Source of the DNA: an uncultured delta proteobacterium
GTDB taxonomy: Bacteria > Desulfobacterota > Syntrophobacteria > BM002
DNA length: 64,000 nt
Direction of reading: 5' to 3'
Assembly: GCA_963712115.1 (NCBI GenBank)
Contig: CAVQGX010000032.1
Span: forward strand, 107,761 to 171,760
Positions 8,840 to 18,586 of the stretch are shown here, piece after piece. The translations under genes were made by a program, and so were the position numbers. The notes beneath the pieces are model-generated. The model was given only the letters and a program-made list of their open reading frames with translations. It ran no database searches and had not been told where the DNA came from. Positions within the stretch are counted from its first letter, which is position 1. Each line of letters starts with the position of its first letter.

Positions 8840-10285
8840 CTATTTGAGAACATATCGAGTGCTCCGACCTCCGCCAACTCTTGCCACTATCTCCATTTCC
8901 ACCAGCTGACTCAGATCACGTCGGGCATGGCGATCGGAAATTTGGTTGATTTGGATATAGTAGTCGTTGGTTATATAACCGTTTTTCCTTATGAAATTTA
9001 TTGCTTTGACTTGGCGTGAATTCAGACCAAGATAGGGGAGCAAATCCCCAGATCCGTTCAGCTCTGGTCCTTTCAGGGCTTCCTCCGATGGTATGTCAGT
9101 GATCCCTGGAAGTCTTTTCTGTAATAACTCTTCCGCTAAGTCCTGGGGCCGAATTTCGTTACCGTCGCAGAGAATTACTGCCCGTTCAATGACATTCTCT
9201 AGTTCGCGGACGTTACCTAACCAGTCATACTGGTAAAAATACTTAATTGCCTCATGGCTTACATTTTTTAATGGAAGCCCGTTGGCCTTGGCCACCTTTC
9301 TGAGAAAATGGTGAACCAAAAGTGGTATGTCATCACGCCGTTCTCTGAGGGGGGGAATGTTGATGTGGACAACCTTCAAACGATAATACAAATCCTCCCT
9401 GAAACGTCCGAGCTCCACCTCCCGCTTGAGATCACGGTTGGAAGCGGCTACCAAGCGAGCATCCACCTGCAAGGTCACAGTACCGCCCACACGCTCAAAT
9501 CTCATTTCCTGCAGAACCCTTAGTAACTTCACTTGCAGAGCAGGAGACATATCACCTACTTCGTCCAAGAATAAGGTTCCGTTATGAGCCAGCTCGAAAC
9601 GACCTTTTCGTCTAGTGACAGCCCCGGTAAATGCACCCCTCTCGTGGCCAAAAAGCTCGCTCTCCAGCAGCGTTTCAGGTAAAGCTGAACAGTTAACCGA
9701 AACAAACGGTTTATCACTCCTGGGGCTGTTGAAATGTATAGCCCTGGCGATAAGTTCCTTGCCTGTACCTGACTCTCCGGTGATCAGCACTGATGCCCGT
9801 GTTTGCGCTACCTTCTCAATAATCTCATACACCTGGCGCATGACCTTGCTTTTGCCCACAATGTTGCCGAACTTGAAGCGCTCCTGCAGTTCCTGGCTGA
9901 GCAAACGGTTCTCTTCCTTGAGCCGGTGCATCTCTAGGGCTTTACGGATGGTTAGTATCAGTTCTTCATTTTTGAAAGGCTTAGTAATGTAATCAAAAGC
10001 GCCCCGCTTCATAGCTTCCACAGCTTTTTCCACTGTGGCGTAGGCTGTCATCATGATCACAGGGATTTCCGGTTGAAGACCCCGCAATTGAACCAAAAAC
10101 TCCATCCCGTCCACACCTGGCATCCTCATGTCAGTTATGACCAGATCCAGGTCATGACTGGTTATAACCTCAAGAGCCTCACTGGCATTGTCACAGGTAA
10201 TCACCTCATAACCCGCGTCTGCCAAGAGTACCTCTAGAACCAGGAGATAATTCTTTTCGTCGTCAACGATGAGAATGGTTTCCAT
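8840..10285 (-). CDS. Sigma-54-dependent response regulator (REC-AAA+) with an atypical C-terminal winged helix
   Basis: ILIVDDE, DMRMPG, GESGTGKE, ESELFGHERGAFTGA, FREDLYYRL, W.GNVRELEN; C-terminus RQVKAI..I...GYIT...ARRDLSQLV....V..VGGGRSTRY. Confidence 0.93.
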   Translation of the reverse strand: METILIVDDEKNYLLVLEVLLADAGYEVITCDNASEALEVITSHDLDLVITDMRMPGVDGMEFLVQLRGLQPEIPVIMMTAYATVEKAVEAMKRGAFDYITKPFKNEELILTIRKALEMHRLKEENRLLSQELQERFKFGNIVGKSKVMRQVYEIIEKVAQTRASVLITGESGTGKELIARAIHFNSPRSDKPFVSVNCSALPETLLESELFGHERGAFTGAVTRRKGRFELAHNGTLFLDEVGDMSPALQVKLLRVLQEMRFERVGGTVTLQVDARLVAASNRDLKREVELGRFREDLYYRLKVVHINIPPLRERRDDIPLLVHHFLRKVAKANGLPLKNVSHEAIKYFYQYDWLGNVRELENVIERAVILCDGNEIRPQDLAEELLQKRLPGITDIPSEEALKGPELNGSGDLLPYLGLNSRQVKAINFIRKNGYITNDYYIQINQISDRHARRDLSQLVEMEIVARVGGGRSTRYVLK

Positions 10286-10475
10286 GCTTTTCTCTTGATG
10301 TGCGACCTGACCGAGCAGTAATGTCTAACTTACAAATACCAAATTCCTAGCCACCATGCATCACGCATGGAGCATAGGGCATGGGGCATGGAGTTAATAT
10401 GTTGTTTATTTTTACGCTATGCTCCACGCTCCATGCGCCATGCTAACTCTGCTTGCTGCCAGCTTTTCGCAGTGC

Positions 10476-11936
10476 CTAATGTTCTGGGTTCACCGGCAAA
10501 GCAATGATAATAGCTGTTCCTTTGCTCTCTAACTGCGAGAGCTCTTCCGGGGGTGGACTCTTGATATCGACCGTGCCTCCGTGGCTTTCGATTATGTTTC
10601 GGACTATGGGAAGTCCTAACCCGGTTCCTGTCTTGCGGGTAGTGAAGAAGGGATCGAATATTTTCCCTATATTATTCCCAGAAATACCACAACCGGTGTC
10701 CACTATGATGACCTCAAGGAAATCCTCTCGGGGGTCCCGATACCGAGTTACTACCCGGATAGTGCCCCCATCGTCTAAAGCTTCCATGGCATTAACGAAG
10801 ATGTTCAGAAAGGCGCGATAGAGAAGATCGCCATCGGCGATGACTGGCCTGCCATTTTCGGCAAAGCGAAGTTCCACCCTTATGCCTCGTCGCTTGAGTT
10901 CAACCTCCAGGAACTTCAGGTTTCTTTCCAGAACCTCATCTACTCTGCATTCAGAGTAGTTCGGAGTGGTGGGACGGGCAAAATCCAGAAAATCAGTGAC
11001 GATCGAGTTGAGACGACTAGTCTCCTCCATAATTATTTCACCCAACTGTTTTTTGGGGTCATCCTCCTCCATTTTATGGTGTAGGAGTTGGGCGGTGGAA
11101 CCAATGATTCCAAGTGGATTCCGGATCTCATGGCTGATGCCAGCCACCATCTTACCTAAGACAGCCATCCTCTCAGCCTGATTAAGCTGATCCTCCAAGC
11201 GGCGCCTCTCTTCGGCTCTTTTAGCGATGATCCTTTCTCCCCTCTTTACAATGAAACGTAAGACGAAAAACAGAAGACTCATCACCCCCAGAAAACTCGC
11301 GATAATTATGTTCTGGAAACGGGTGATGGCTGCATAATCCTCAGAGATATCTTGGGTAATTTCGAACACCCCCAGAATACGGCCATGGCCCCGCCCCAGA
11401 GGTCTTTCCATGCGAAATGGGATGTAAGTCTTGAGCTGCCTTTGCTTCGCCACTACTCCCAACTCGAAACCAAGAAAGCTTCCACGAGAAATCAGCTGGG
11501 ATGAGGATTTGCCCTCCCGGGCCAACTTAAAATCGATTCCCCCCAACCCTGTGAGCCCAACTAAGGAACGATCGGTACTATAAGTAACCACCTCATTTAT
11601 ATCATAGACATCCACCCTGTATAGATTGAATCCGTGAATGGTGCTACTAACTACCTTGTCCATAAGATCATATTGTTTGGGGTTGGCAAGCTGTATCCGA
11701 CCGTATTTGAGCACCGTGGGCAGGACAAATTGGGTGAAAACTTGGTGGTTCAAGTTTGTGGCCACGAAGAGGGCGTATTGCTCGCTTTTTCTGAGAAGTT
11801 CGTTCTTGGCCCGTTGAGAGATGAAAATGGAGAGCAATAAGGTCGGGATGAAGATCACCACCAAACTGGTCAATGAAAAATACTTGACCAATCTAAAAGG
11901 CTTGATGCTTTCCCTGGCGTCCGCACCTAGCTGCAT
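10476..11936 (-). CDS. Membrane sensor histidine kinase, cognate to the downstream regulator
   Basis: Two TM segments, H-box SHEIRNPL, N-box NIFVNA, DTGCGI, FDPFFTT, GTGLGL. Confidence 0.95.
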   Translation of the reverse strand: MQLGADARESIKPFRLVKYFSLTSLVVIFIPTLLLSIFISQRAKNELLRKSEQYALFVATNLNHQVFTQFVLPTVLKYGRIQLANPKQYDLMDKVVSSTIHGFNLYRVDVYDINEVVTYSTDRSLVGLTGLGGIDFKLAREGKSSSQLISRGSFLGFELGVVAKQRQLKTYIPFRMERPLGRGHGRILGVFEITQDISEDYAAITRFQNIIIASFLGVMSLLFFVLRFIVKRGERIIAKRAEERRRLEDQLNQAERMAVLGKMVAGISHEIRNPLGIIGSTAQLLHHKMEEDDPKKQLGEIIMEETSRLNSIVTDFLDFARPTTPNYSECRVDEVLERNLKFLEVELKRRGIRVELRFAENGRPVIADGDLLYRAFLNIFVNAMEALDDGGTIRVVTRYRDPREDFLEVIIVDTGCGISGNNIGKIFDPFFTTRKTGTGLGLPIVRNIIESHGGTVDIKSPPPEELSQLESKGTAIIIALPVNPEH

Positions 11937-12008
11937 GTATGCAACCCCTACCCTTTTGGCCTATTTTACACTACCTTTTAGATATTTTCTGCCCGTCCCT
12001 TTTTCCAA

Positions 12009-12941
12009 CTAAAAGCTCAAACGTAAGTGGAGCGCCAGTCGATCTTTCCCAGGTTCCATACCGAAAGAAAGCCGGTATTTTTCCTTGAGCTCCCGGCGAT
12101 ATTTACTTTCATCTTTCTGATTCTCTTCTCTGGCTGCTTGGGCTGCACTCCGAATTCCGCCTACATACCAGCCCAATTCGAAGAATACCAGGATTCCGCC
12201 AAGAACCGGGCTGTCATGTTCAAAGGCCAAAACTGCTCCGGCTATAAAAAGAGTGTTGAGTAAAAAAGATGAGGCAGCCTGTCCTGGGCGACCCGCATAA
12301 AGGTGGCCTGAACCTGGCAAAACCGCGGACAGTGCTCCTGCCATTACTGGAGACCTCTCCTTTTCTTCCGGCCGCTGGTGCAATGCTTGGCGAAGTGATC
12401 TTGCTCTGGGATAGTGTTTACTCTGTGGCTGGATCCGCTCAAGGGTTGCCATTGCTGACTTATATCTGCCGCTGTCGATCTGGAGCCACGCCAAGCTTAG
12501 GTACACGTTATCAAGTTCTGTATAGTCGGGATACCTCTCAATAAACTGCTTGGCCCAATAGATGGCCCTCGGGTAACGTTCCTGTTCCTCCCGGATCGCT
12601 ATCATTTCTAACAAGGCCTCAGGCCCAACCGGCTCTTCCGCCCTAGAATTGAATAATCTGATCAGGTAACTAAAAGCTTTATCACCCTTACCCTCCCGAC
12701 GATAGCACCTGCCAATTTGGAGTTTGGCCTGATCATTCCTGTCATCTTTTGGAAAGAGAAAGACAAAACGTTGGTACTCACTCGAGGCCCGGTAATAGTC
12801 TTGCTTGTCATACAGGTGATTTGCAAAGTCCCACAGACGATCCGCCCTTTCCTCAGCCGCGACTGGCTGGGCCAGTACCGTGAAGTGTAAAAGAAAAATC
12901 CAGCACCAGCCAAATCTGCCTAGTAATAGGGAGCGAACCAT
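12009..12941 (-). CDS. Exported TPR protein with C-terminal hydrophobic segments
   Basis: Signal peptide, BamD-like TPR helices, ALSAVLPGSGHLYAG followed by hydrophobic stretches. Confidence 0.7.
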   Translation of the reverse strand: MVRSLLLGRFGWCWIFLLHFTVLAQPVAAEERADRLWDFANHLYDKQDYYRASSEYQRFVFLFPKDDRNDQAKLQIGRCYRREGKGDKAFSYLIRLFNSRAEEPVGPEALLEMIAIREEQERYPRAIYWAKQFIERYPDYTELDNVYLSLAWLQIDSGRYKSAMATLERIQPQSKHYPRARSLRQALHQRPEEKERSPVMAGALSAVLPGSGHLYAGRPGQAASSFLLNTLFIAGAVLAFEHDSPVLGGILVFFELGWYVGGIRSAAQAAREENQKDESKYRRELKEKYRLSFGMEPGKDRLALHLRLSF

Positions 12942-13498
12942 TGCCTCATCCGCTTTAACTCTTGAGTGGATTGATCGTCCTCATCTACCTTCTTTTCCAA
13001 AGCTTTCTCTATCTTCTTTTCTATGTTTTCTCGGTTATTCCGCCGCTCAACATAGTCGCTGTCTAACTCCCGGGCCTTCAGATAGGCTTTGCCCGCATCC
13101 ATATAGCGTTTCTGGTGGAAGAGAGCCACTGCCAAATTGTATTGCGCTTTGCAGTACTGCGGATTTAGTCTGACAGCCTGGCGAAACTCCCTCTCTGCCT
13201 GGTCGGGGAGCCTTTGCTTGAGATAGACAACTCCTAGATTATTGTGAGGAATCGGGTAGGTACCGTCAAGTTCGATTGCTTTTGTGAAATGAGTTTCCGC
13301 TTCTTGTAGATCTCCCGACTTGAGGTAGTAGTAGCCAAGGGCATTCCAGTAGGGAGCTTTCTGTGGATGGGTCTGGACGAGCTTTTTGTAACGTTCGATA
13401 CCACGGGCCGCCGGCAATTCACTATCCTTCGCCAACAGAGGCACAGTGTTGATCAGCATAAGAAATGTCAGTATGCTAACAATCCTTCTAGGAGTCAA
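12920..13498 (-). CDS. Exported TPR protein
   Basis: Signal peptide; TPR motifs YWNALGYYY, HNNLGVVY, AQYNLAVAL. Confidence 0.8.
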   Translation of the reverse strand: MTPRRIVSILTFLMLINTVPLLAKDSELPAARGIERYKKLVQTHPQKAPYWNALGYYYLKSGDLQEAETHFTKAIELDGTYPIPHNNLGVVYLKQRLPDQAEREFRQAVRLNPQYCKAQYNLAVALFHQKRYMDAGKAYLKARELDSDYVERRNNRENIEKKIEKALEKKVDEDDQSTQELKRMRQWFAPYY

Positions 13499-13589
13499 AC
13501 TTCTTTCTGTCCTCTCTCACCTGGTAATATGGCACTGTGCCGCGGGACGGGAGGTCGCACCCATCTCACAGTTTATTGTCGTTTACTGC

Positions 13590-15008
13590 CTACTCATTTC
13601 CACCTTCCGTCTTCTGCTCTCTGTCTTCTGCCCTCTGTCTTCTGCCCTCTGCCTGCTTTCCCCTACTCCCCGTCCTCCGTCTTTGGCGCTCTTCCCGAAC
13701 CTGGTGGCGCCAGTGCCTCAAACGCTCTGCCAGAGTCACCTCATAGCCTCGACTTGTGGGCTGGTAAAATTTAAGGTGCTGCAAATCCTCCGGCAGGTAA
13801 CTCATGGGTACGTGAGCCTCCGGAAAATCATGAGGATAACGGTAGTCGCGGCCATAACCCAACTTGCGCATCAGGCCCGTCGGTGCGTTGCGCAGCTCCA
13901 TTGGTACTGGCAAGCTGCCCCTTTCCTCGGCCTGCCGGCGAGCTTCGGAGTAAGCCTCATAAAGGGCATTGCTTTTTGGCGCCGTCGCCAGATAGATTGC
14001 TGCTTCAGCCAGGGCCAGATCTCCTTCAGGCCGTCCCACTAAATGAAAGGCCTGCTGGGCTGCCACCGCTACCATAAGAGCCCGAGGATCGGCTAAACCC
14101 ACATCTTCCGAGGCGAAACGCACCATTCTGCGAGCAATGTAAAGAGGGTCCTCTCCCGCCTCTAGCATTCTAGCAAGCCAGTAAAGGGCCCCGTCCGGAT
14201 CGCTTCCGCGCAAACTTTTGTGGAGAGCCGAAATCAGGTTGTAGTGTTCCTCGCCGTCTTTGTCATAAATAAGAGACTTCTTCAGGATCGCATCTGCCAT
14301 TGCCTGGCGGTCTACTTGACGATAACCACTCTCATCCTCAGCAGTAGTCTGCGCCGCCGCCTCCAAGCCACTCAGGGCCAAACGGGCATCTCCTTTTGCC
14401 GCTCGGATCAAATAAGTCAGGGCGTCATTGTCCACCTTGGGTCTCAGACCTCCCAATCCCCTTTCTTTGTCAGCCAGGGCGCGACGGAGAATAAGTTCCA
14501 GATCGGACTCATTCAAAGGTTCGAGCACCACCACTGGTGCTCGCGAAAGGAGTGGCGGAATGACTTCAAAGGAAGGATTCTCTGTGGTTGCCCCGAAAAA
14601 AGTTACCGTACCGTTCTCCACATATGGGAGGAGTAGGTCCTGCTGGGCCTTGTTGAAGCGATGAATTTCATCCACAAATAGTATAGTGGGCCTACCTATT
14701 TTTTGCCTGGCTTCATCTATGGCAGCACGAACGTCCTTGACTCCAGCAGTGACAGCGGAAAGGTTTATCAGGTGAGCATGATTCTCTTGCGCTATTAACC
14801 GGGCCAGAGTGGTTTTACCGCAACCTGGTGGTCCCCAGAAAATTAGGGATTGCATCCGACCATGCTTGAGCAGACGGCCCAAAAGCTTTTGAGGAGCCAT
14901 GATTTGCTCCTGCCCCACAAACTCAGCCACGGTGGTAGGCCGCATTCTCTCTGCCAGTGGTGCTTCTGACTCCCTGCCAGCCGTTGCAAAAAAATCCTCT
15001 TGTTTCAA
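13590..15008 (-). CDS. rarA: Replication-associated recombination protein A (MgsA/RarA)
   Basis: [67 protein letters not shown]. Confidence 0.96.
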   Translation of the reverse strand: MKQEDFFATAGRESEAPLAERMRPTTVAEFVGQEQIMAPQKLLGRLLKHGRMQSLIFWGPPGCGKTTLARLIAQENHAHLINLSAVTAGVKDVRAAIDEARQKIGRPTILFVDEIHRFNKAQQDLLLPYVENGTVTFFGATTENPSFEVIPPLLSRAPVVVLEPLNESDLELILRRALADKERGLGGLRPKVDNDALTYLIRAAKGDARLALSGLEAAAQTTAEDESGYRQVDRQAMADAILKKSLIYDKDGEEHYNLISALHKSLRGSDPDGALYWLARMLEAGEDPLYIARRMVRFASEDVGLADPRALMVAVAAQQAFHLVGRPEGDLALAEAAIYLATAPKSNALYEAYSEARRQAEERGSLPVPMELRNAPTGLMRKLGYGRDYRYPHDFPEAHVPMSYLPEDLQHLKFYQPTSRGYEVTLAERLRHWRHQVREERQRRRTGSRGKQAEGRRQRAEDREQKTEGGNE

Positions 15009-15410
15009 AGCCCCATCCGCCCATATTAGGAATTAATCAGCAGCTAGCTATCAGCCATCAGCAAGATATGATCTTGCATCAGCTGACCACTGAAATCTGA
15101 TAGCTGACAGCTCGACTATCATTAGTGATTTCAAGGGATTTGAGCGAAACCTTACCCCAAGCATACTGGTTTGTCAATGGAGGTAGGCAACAGGAGTTTC
15201 GCCAAGAATATTATTGTGACATAGGCCACGGGAAGGCTACTCCACAACGATCATATTCGCGCCATTTATTGGCAGAGTTCCTGTTCAGGAAGCACCACAT
15301 CTTCATGCAACCCCTTTCAAGGCTGAGATTGTTAAGGATAGGTTGCTCAGATGCTCGTTGTTTCGCAGCCTCCCCTTTCGGCCTTTGCTGATGTCTCTTC
15401 TGAGTGACCT

Positions 15411-15462
15411 GCCCTGTTGAATCCCACCTTCGGTGGGTCCGCGGAGCGGAATTCAACAGGGC
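15411..15462. repeat. REP-like branched palindrome
   Basis: 12-bp inverted repeat GCCCTGTTGAAT...ATTCAACAGGGC enclosing two small hairpins (CCCACC/GGTGGG, TCCGC/GCGGA). Confidence 0.7.
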
Positions 15463-15691
15463 TAGCGGAAGGTCTGTGCCACTTCTCCGCCGACGGCGGA
15501 TGAGACTCGGAACTATAGAAGAAACACCAGGAAACCATTTTTGTTTCCAAATCACCCACAACTCTATAATGAGCTGAATCCACAGCCACGAGGCAAGAAA
15601 TTTTGGAGAAATTACTGAGGCAGGTAGGTGAGTAATGCGAGGGACTTTCGCTAATTACTAAGCGGGTGTAGTGGCTAGTGAGAAATCTTCC

Positions 15692-16399
15692 TTACTCTCC
15701 CAAATAGGCCTCCCTTACCTTGGGATTTTCCAACAGGGAGCGAGCCTTGTCTTCGAGTACAACCCTTCCAGTCTCAATAACATATCCGTAGTCAGCCAAC
15801 TCCAGGGCAGCCTGGGCATTTTGCTCTACCAGAAGAATGGTAACACCCTGCTCCTCCCTGATCTGGCGGATTATGCCCATGATATGTTCTACTATCAAGG
15901 GGGCCAACCCCAAGGAAGGTTCATCCAGCAGAAGCAGCCTTGGGGTACTCATCAAACCTCTGGCAATGGCGAGCATTTGCTGCTCGCCCCCGGAAAGGGT
16001 CCCACCCACTTGCTTTCGTCGCTCCTCTAGAATGGGAAAAAGGGAAAAAGCCCTCATGAGGGAGTCATTGATCCCTTTTTTGTCCTTCCTCAAGTAGGCG
16101 CCAAGGGTAAGATTTTCCTGCACAGTGAGCAGTGGAAAAATTCTCCGTCCTTCAGGTACCTGTACGATCCCCCGCCGCACGATCTCCTCAGGAGCGCGGC
16201 CATTGATGGCTTTTCCTTGGAACTCTATATCACCTGAGGTAATCCGCTGAATGCCGCTAATGGACATGAGGGTGGTGGATTTGCCTGCACCATTAGCACC
16301 TATGAGGCAGCAAATACTGCCCTCCTTGACCTCCAAGGAAACTCCCTTCAAGGCGTGAATCTGCCCATAGTAGCTTTGGATTTCTTTAAGTTTTAGCAT
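15692..16399 (-). CDS. livF: Branched-chain amino acid ABC transporter ATPase
   Basis: GANGAGKST, VPEGRRIF, LSGGEQQMLA, LDEPSLGLAP, EAYLG; start taken at MLKLKEI. Confidence 0.95.
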   Translation of the reverse strand: MLKLKEIQSYYGQIHALKGVSLEVKEGSICCLIGANGAGKSTTLMSISGIQRITSGDIEFQGKAINGRAPEEIVRRGIVQVPEGRRIFPLLTVQENLTLGAYLRKDKKGINDSLMRAFSLFPILEERRKQVGGTLSGGEQQMLAIARGLMSTPRLLLLDEPSLGLAPLIVEHIMGIIRQIREEQGVTILLVEQNAQAALELADYGYVIETGRVVLEDKARSLLENPKVREAYLGE

Positions 16400-17585
16400 C
16401 AGCCGAGCCCCTGCCGAGATAAGCTTCAATCACCCTCGGATTGGCCCTGATTTCATCCGGGGTTCCTTGGGCAATGAGCACACCGTGATCAAGGGCATAG
16501 ATATGGTCGGCTAGGTTCATCATCACTTTCATATCATGCTCGATGATCAGTACTGTGATCCCTTGGTCGCGGATTTTGCGGATAAGCTGCATGAGCCGAG
16601 ATGACTCCTGGGGATTCATCCCTGCTGCCGGCTCATCCAGTAGTAGCAAGCGGGGGTGGGAAGCCAGGGCTCGAGCCAATTCCAGTCTCCGCTGCTCACC
16701 ATAAGCCAGGGCCCCAGAAAGGTCGAAAGCCCTGTGCTCCAGACCCACGAACCTGAGATGCTCCAAGGCTTCTACTTCTATCTTTTTTTCTTCGTCTCGT
16801 TGGGAATGGGTGCGAAAAAGGGTGCCATATATTCTTTGAGCCATTCTTCCGTGAGCACCTATCCTGACGTTATCCAAAACACTCAAAGTAAGAAAGAGAC
16901 GGATGTTCTGGAAAGTCCTGGCCACGCCCAACCTGTTAATTGCGTCCGGGCCCAACCTGAACCCATAAAGATGACGCACTTCGCGCAGGAGCAACTGCCA
17001 GCCGAGATATGTGCTGAAGGCAATGGCCAGGATAGACCACGGCAAAGCCAAATATGTCAGCGGCACCGCCACGCCAGGCAGGTGTCCCAGGGAAGCGGGG
17101 TGGGTCAACCACCAGATAGCCAGATAAAGGTCTCCCAGAATAAAGACGAACATGGTGCTCCAGGCCCAAATTTCAAACTCTCTCAGGCCCCGCACCACGA
17201 CCATCCGTATACTCAAAATAAAAATGGCCAGTAGAGTCAGCTCAACTTTAAAAAAGGTTCTGGGTAAGAAAAAAGACCAGAAGAGTACAATCCATGCCAG
17301 ACTTAGAATTATAAAGAGCCAAGAAAGCCGCTGGACGAGCGCTGCTTTTCGGCTCGAAAGTTTTGGCACAACCGACTTTTCTTGAAAGAGCACTTGGCCT
17401 TCCGTGGGATAGTAAAGCCCCGTAAGGCAGTTAAAAAGAGTGGTCTTTCCTGCGCCGTTGGGCCCGATAATGCCCACGATCTTGCCGGTCTCCACCTCTA
17501 GACTTACCCGGCTCAGGGCGCTGAGGCCCCCGAAAACTTTGGAAAGCTCACTAACCCTGAGGATAGAATCCATACTAAGGTTCAC
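16386..17585 (-). CDS. livG: Branched-chain amino acid ABC transporter ATPase with a ~135-aa hydrophobic insertion
   Basis: GPNGAGKTTLFN, ARTFQNIRLF, LAYGEQRRLELARAL, LDEPAAGMN, IEHDM; four hydrophobic segments between Walker A and the Q-loop. Confidence 0.9.
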   Translation of the reverse strand: MNLSMDSILRVSELSKVFGGLSALSRVSLEVETGKIVGIIGPNGAGKTTLFNCLTGLYYPTEGQVLFQEKSVVPKLSSRKAALVQRLSWLFIILSLAWIVLFWSFFLPRTFFKVELTLLAIFILSIRMVVVRGLREFEIWAWSTMFVFILGDLYLAIWWLTHPASLGHLPGVAVPLTYLALPWSILAIAFSTYLGWQLLLREVRHLYGFRLGPDAINRLGVARTFQNIRLFLTLSVLDNVRIGAHGRMAQRIYGTLFRTHSQRDEEKKIEVEALEHLRFVGLEHRAFDLSGALAYGEQRRLELARALASHPRLLLLDEPAAGMNPQESSRLMQLIRKIRDQGITVLIIEHDMKVMMNLADHIYALDHGVLIAQGTPDEIRANPRVIEAYLGRGSADAKT

Positions 17586-18586
17586 TCCTTGCTACCAAGG
17601 GTTGCTAAACGCTGCCGGATTCGTGCCGCCTTACTCTCCTGCGCCCTATCAAAGGGAATAAGCCCTGCAGGACGCCAGCGCATCATCAAAACTAGGATCA
17701 AACCATAGATTAGATAACGGGCACTAAACATTCCTTGGGGCAAAATGGCCCGGAGAACCTCGGCCAGGGGAATGAGGATAAGGGCTCCGAGCATGGTACC
17801 GGTGATACTCCCCATGCCGCCGAAGACTATTAGGCAGAGGATGAGGATGGATTCCCAGAACTTGAACATATCAGGGTGGATAAACTTGAACCACCTGGCG
17901 AAGAAAGCACCTCCCATCGCACCAATGGAGGCGCTTATGGCGAAGGCAATAATTTTGTAACGGATGAGGTTAATCCCGCAACACTGGGCGGCTATCTCAT
18001 CCTCCTTTATGGCAAACCAGGCCCGCCCGAGGCGCGAGTCTTCTAGCCTGCTAACCACCAACATCACTAGCATCAGGAGTAGGAGCACCAGATAGTAAAA
18101 CTCCCATTCCAGCTTCAGAGGGTGGCCAAAAATAACAGGAGGTGAAATGCCTGGAAGCCCCATGGGTCCGCGGGTAAGCCAAAGTTCATTGCGGATCACT
18201 AAAACCACAAGCTCAGAGAAGCCAAAGGTTACAATGGCAAAATAATCTCCCGTGAGGCGTAGTGTAGGTGCCCCGAGTAAGATCCCCCACATAGCGCCGT
18301 TTAGGGCGGCCAGCGGCAGAATCACCCAAAAGCTTAGATCGTAATGGATGGTGAGCAACCCTGCTGTATAGGCGCCTATCCCATAAAATCCCACGTAGCC
18401 GAGGTCTAAAAGTCCGGTAAATCCCGGCACAATATTAAGTCCCAATGCCAGGATCATATAGAGTATGGCAGTGGTAATCACCCTGAGAAAATAATTTGTC
18501 GAAGTGCCCAAAGGCAACCAGGGCAAAACAATGGCAAATACAAGAATAGCCGCGAATTTCCACCGGGGAGACATCTTGGGCATCAT
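17582..18586 (-). CDS. livM: Branched-chain amino acid ABC transporter permease
   Basis: ALGLNIV.G.TGLLDLGY, LRL.GDYFAIVT.GF, SRLGRAW.AI.EDEIAA. Confidence 0.93.
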   Translation of the reverse strand: MMPKMSPRWKFAAILVFAIVLPWLPLGTSTNYFLRVITTAILYMILALGLNIVPGFTGLLDLGYVGFYGIGAYTAGLLTIHYDLSFWVILPLAALNGAMWGILLGAPTLRLTGDYFAIVTFGFSELVVLVIRNELWLTRGPMGLPGISPPVIFGHPLKLEWEFYYLVLLLLMLVMLVVSRLEDSRLGRAWFAIKEDEIAAQCCGINLIRYKIIAFAISASIGAMGGAFFARWFKFIHPDMFKFWESILILCLIVFGGMGSITGTMLGALILIPLAEVLRAILPQGMFSARYLIYGLILVLMMRWRPAGLIPFDRAQESKAARIRQRLATLGSKE

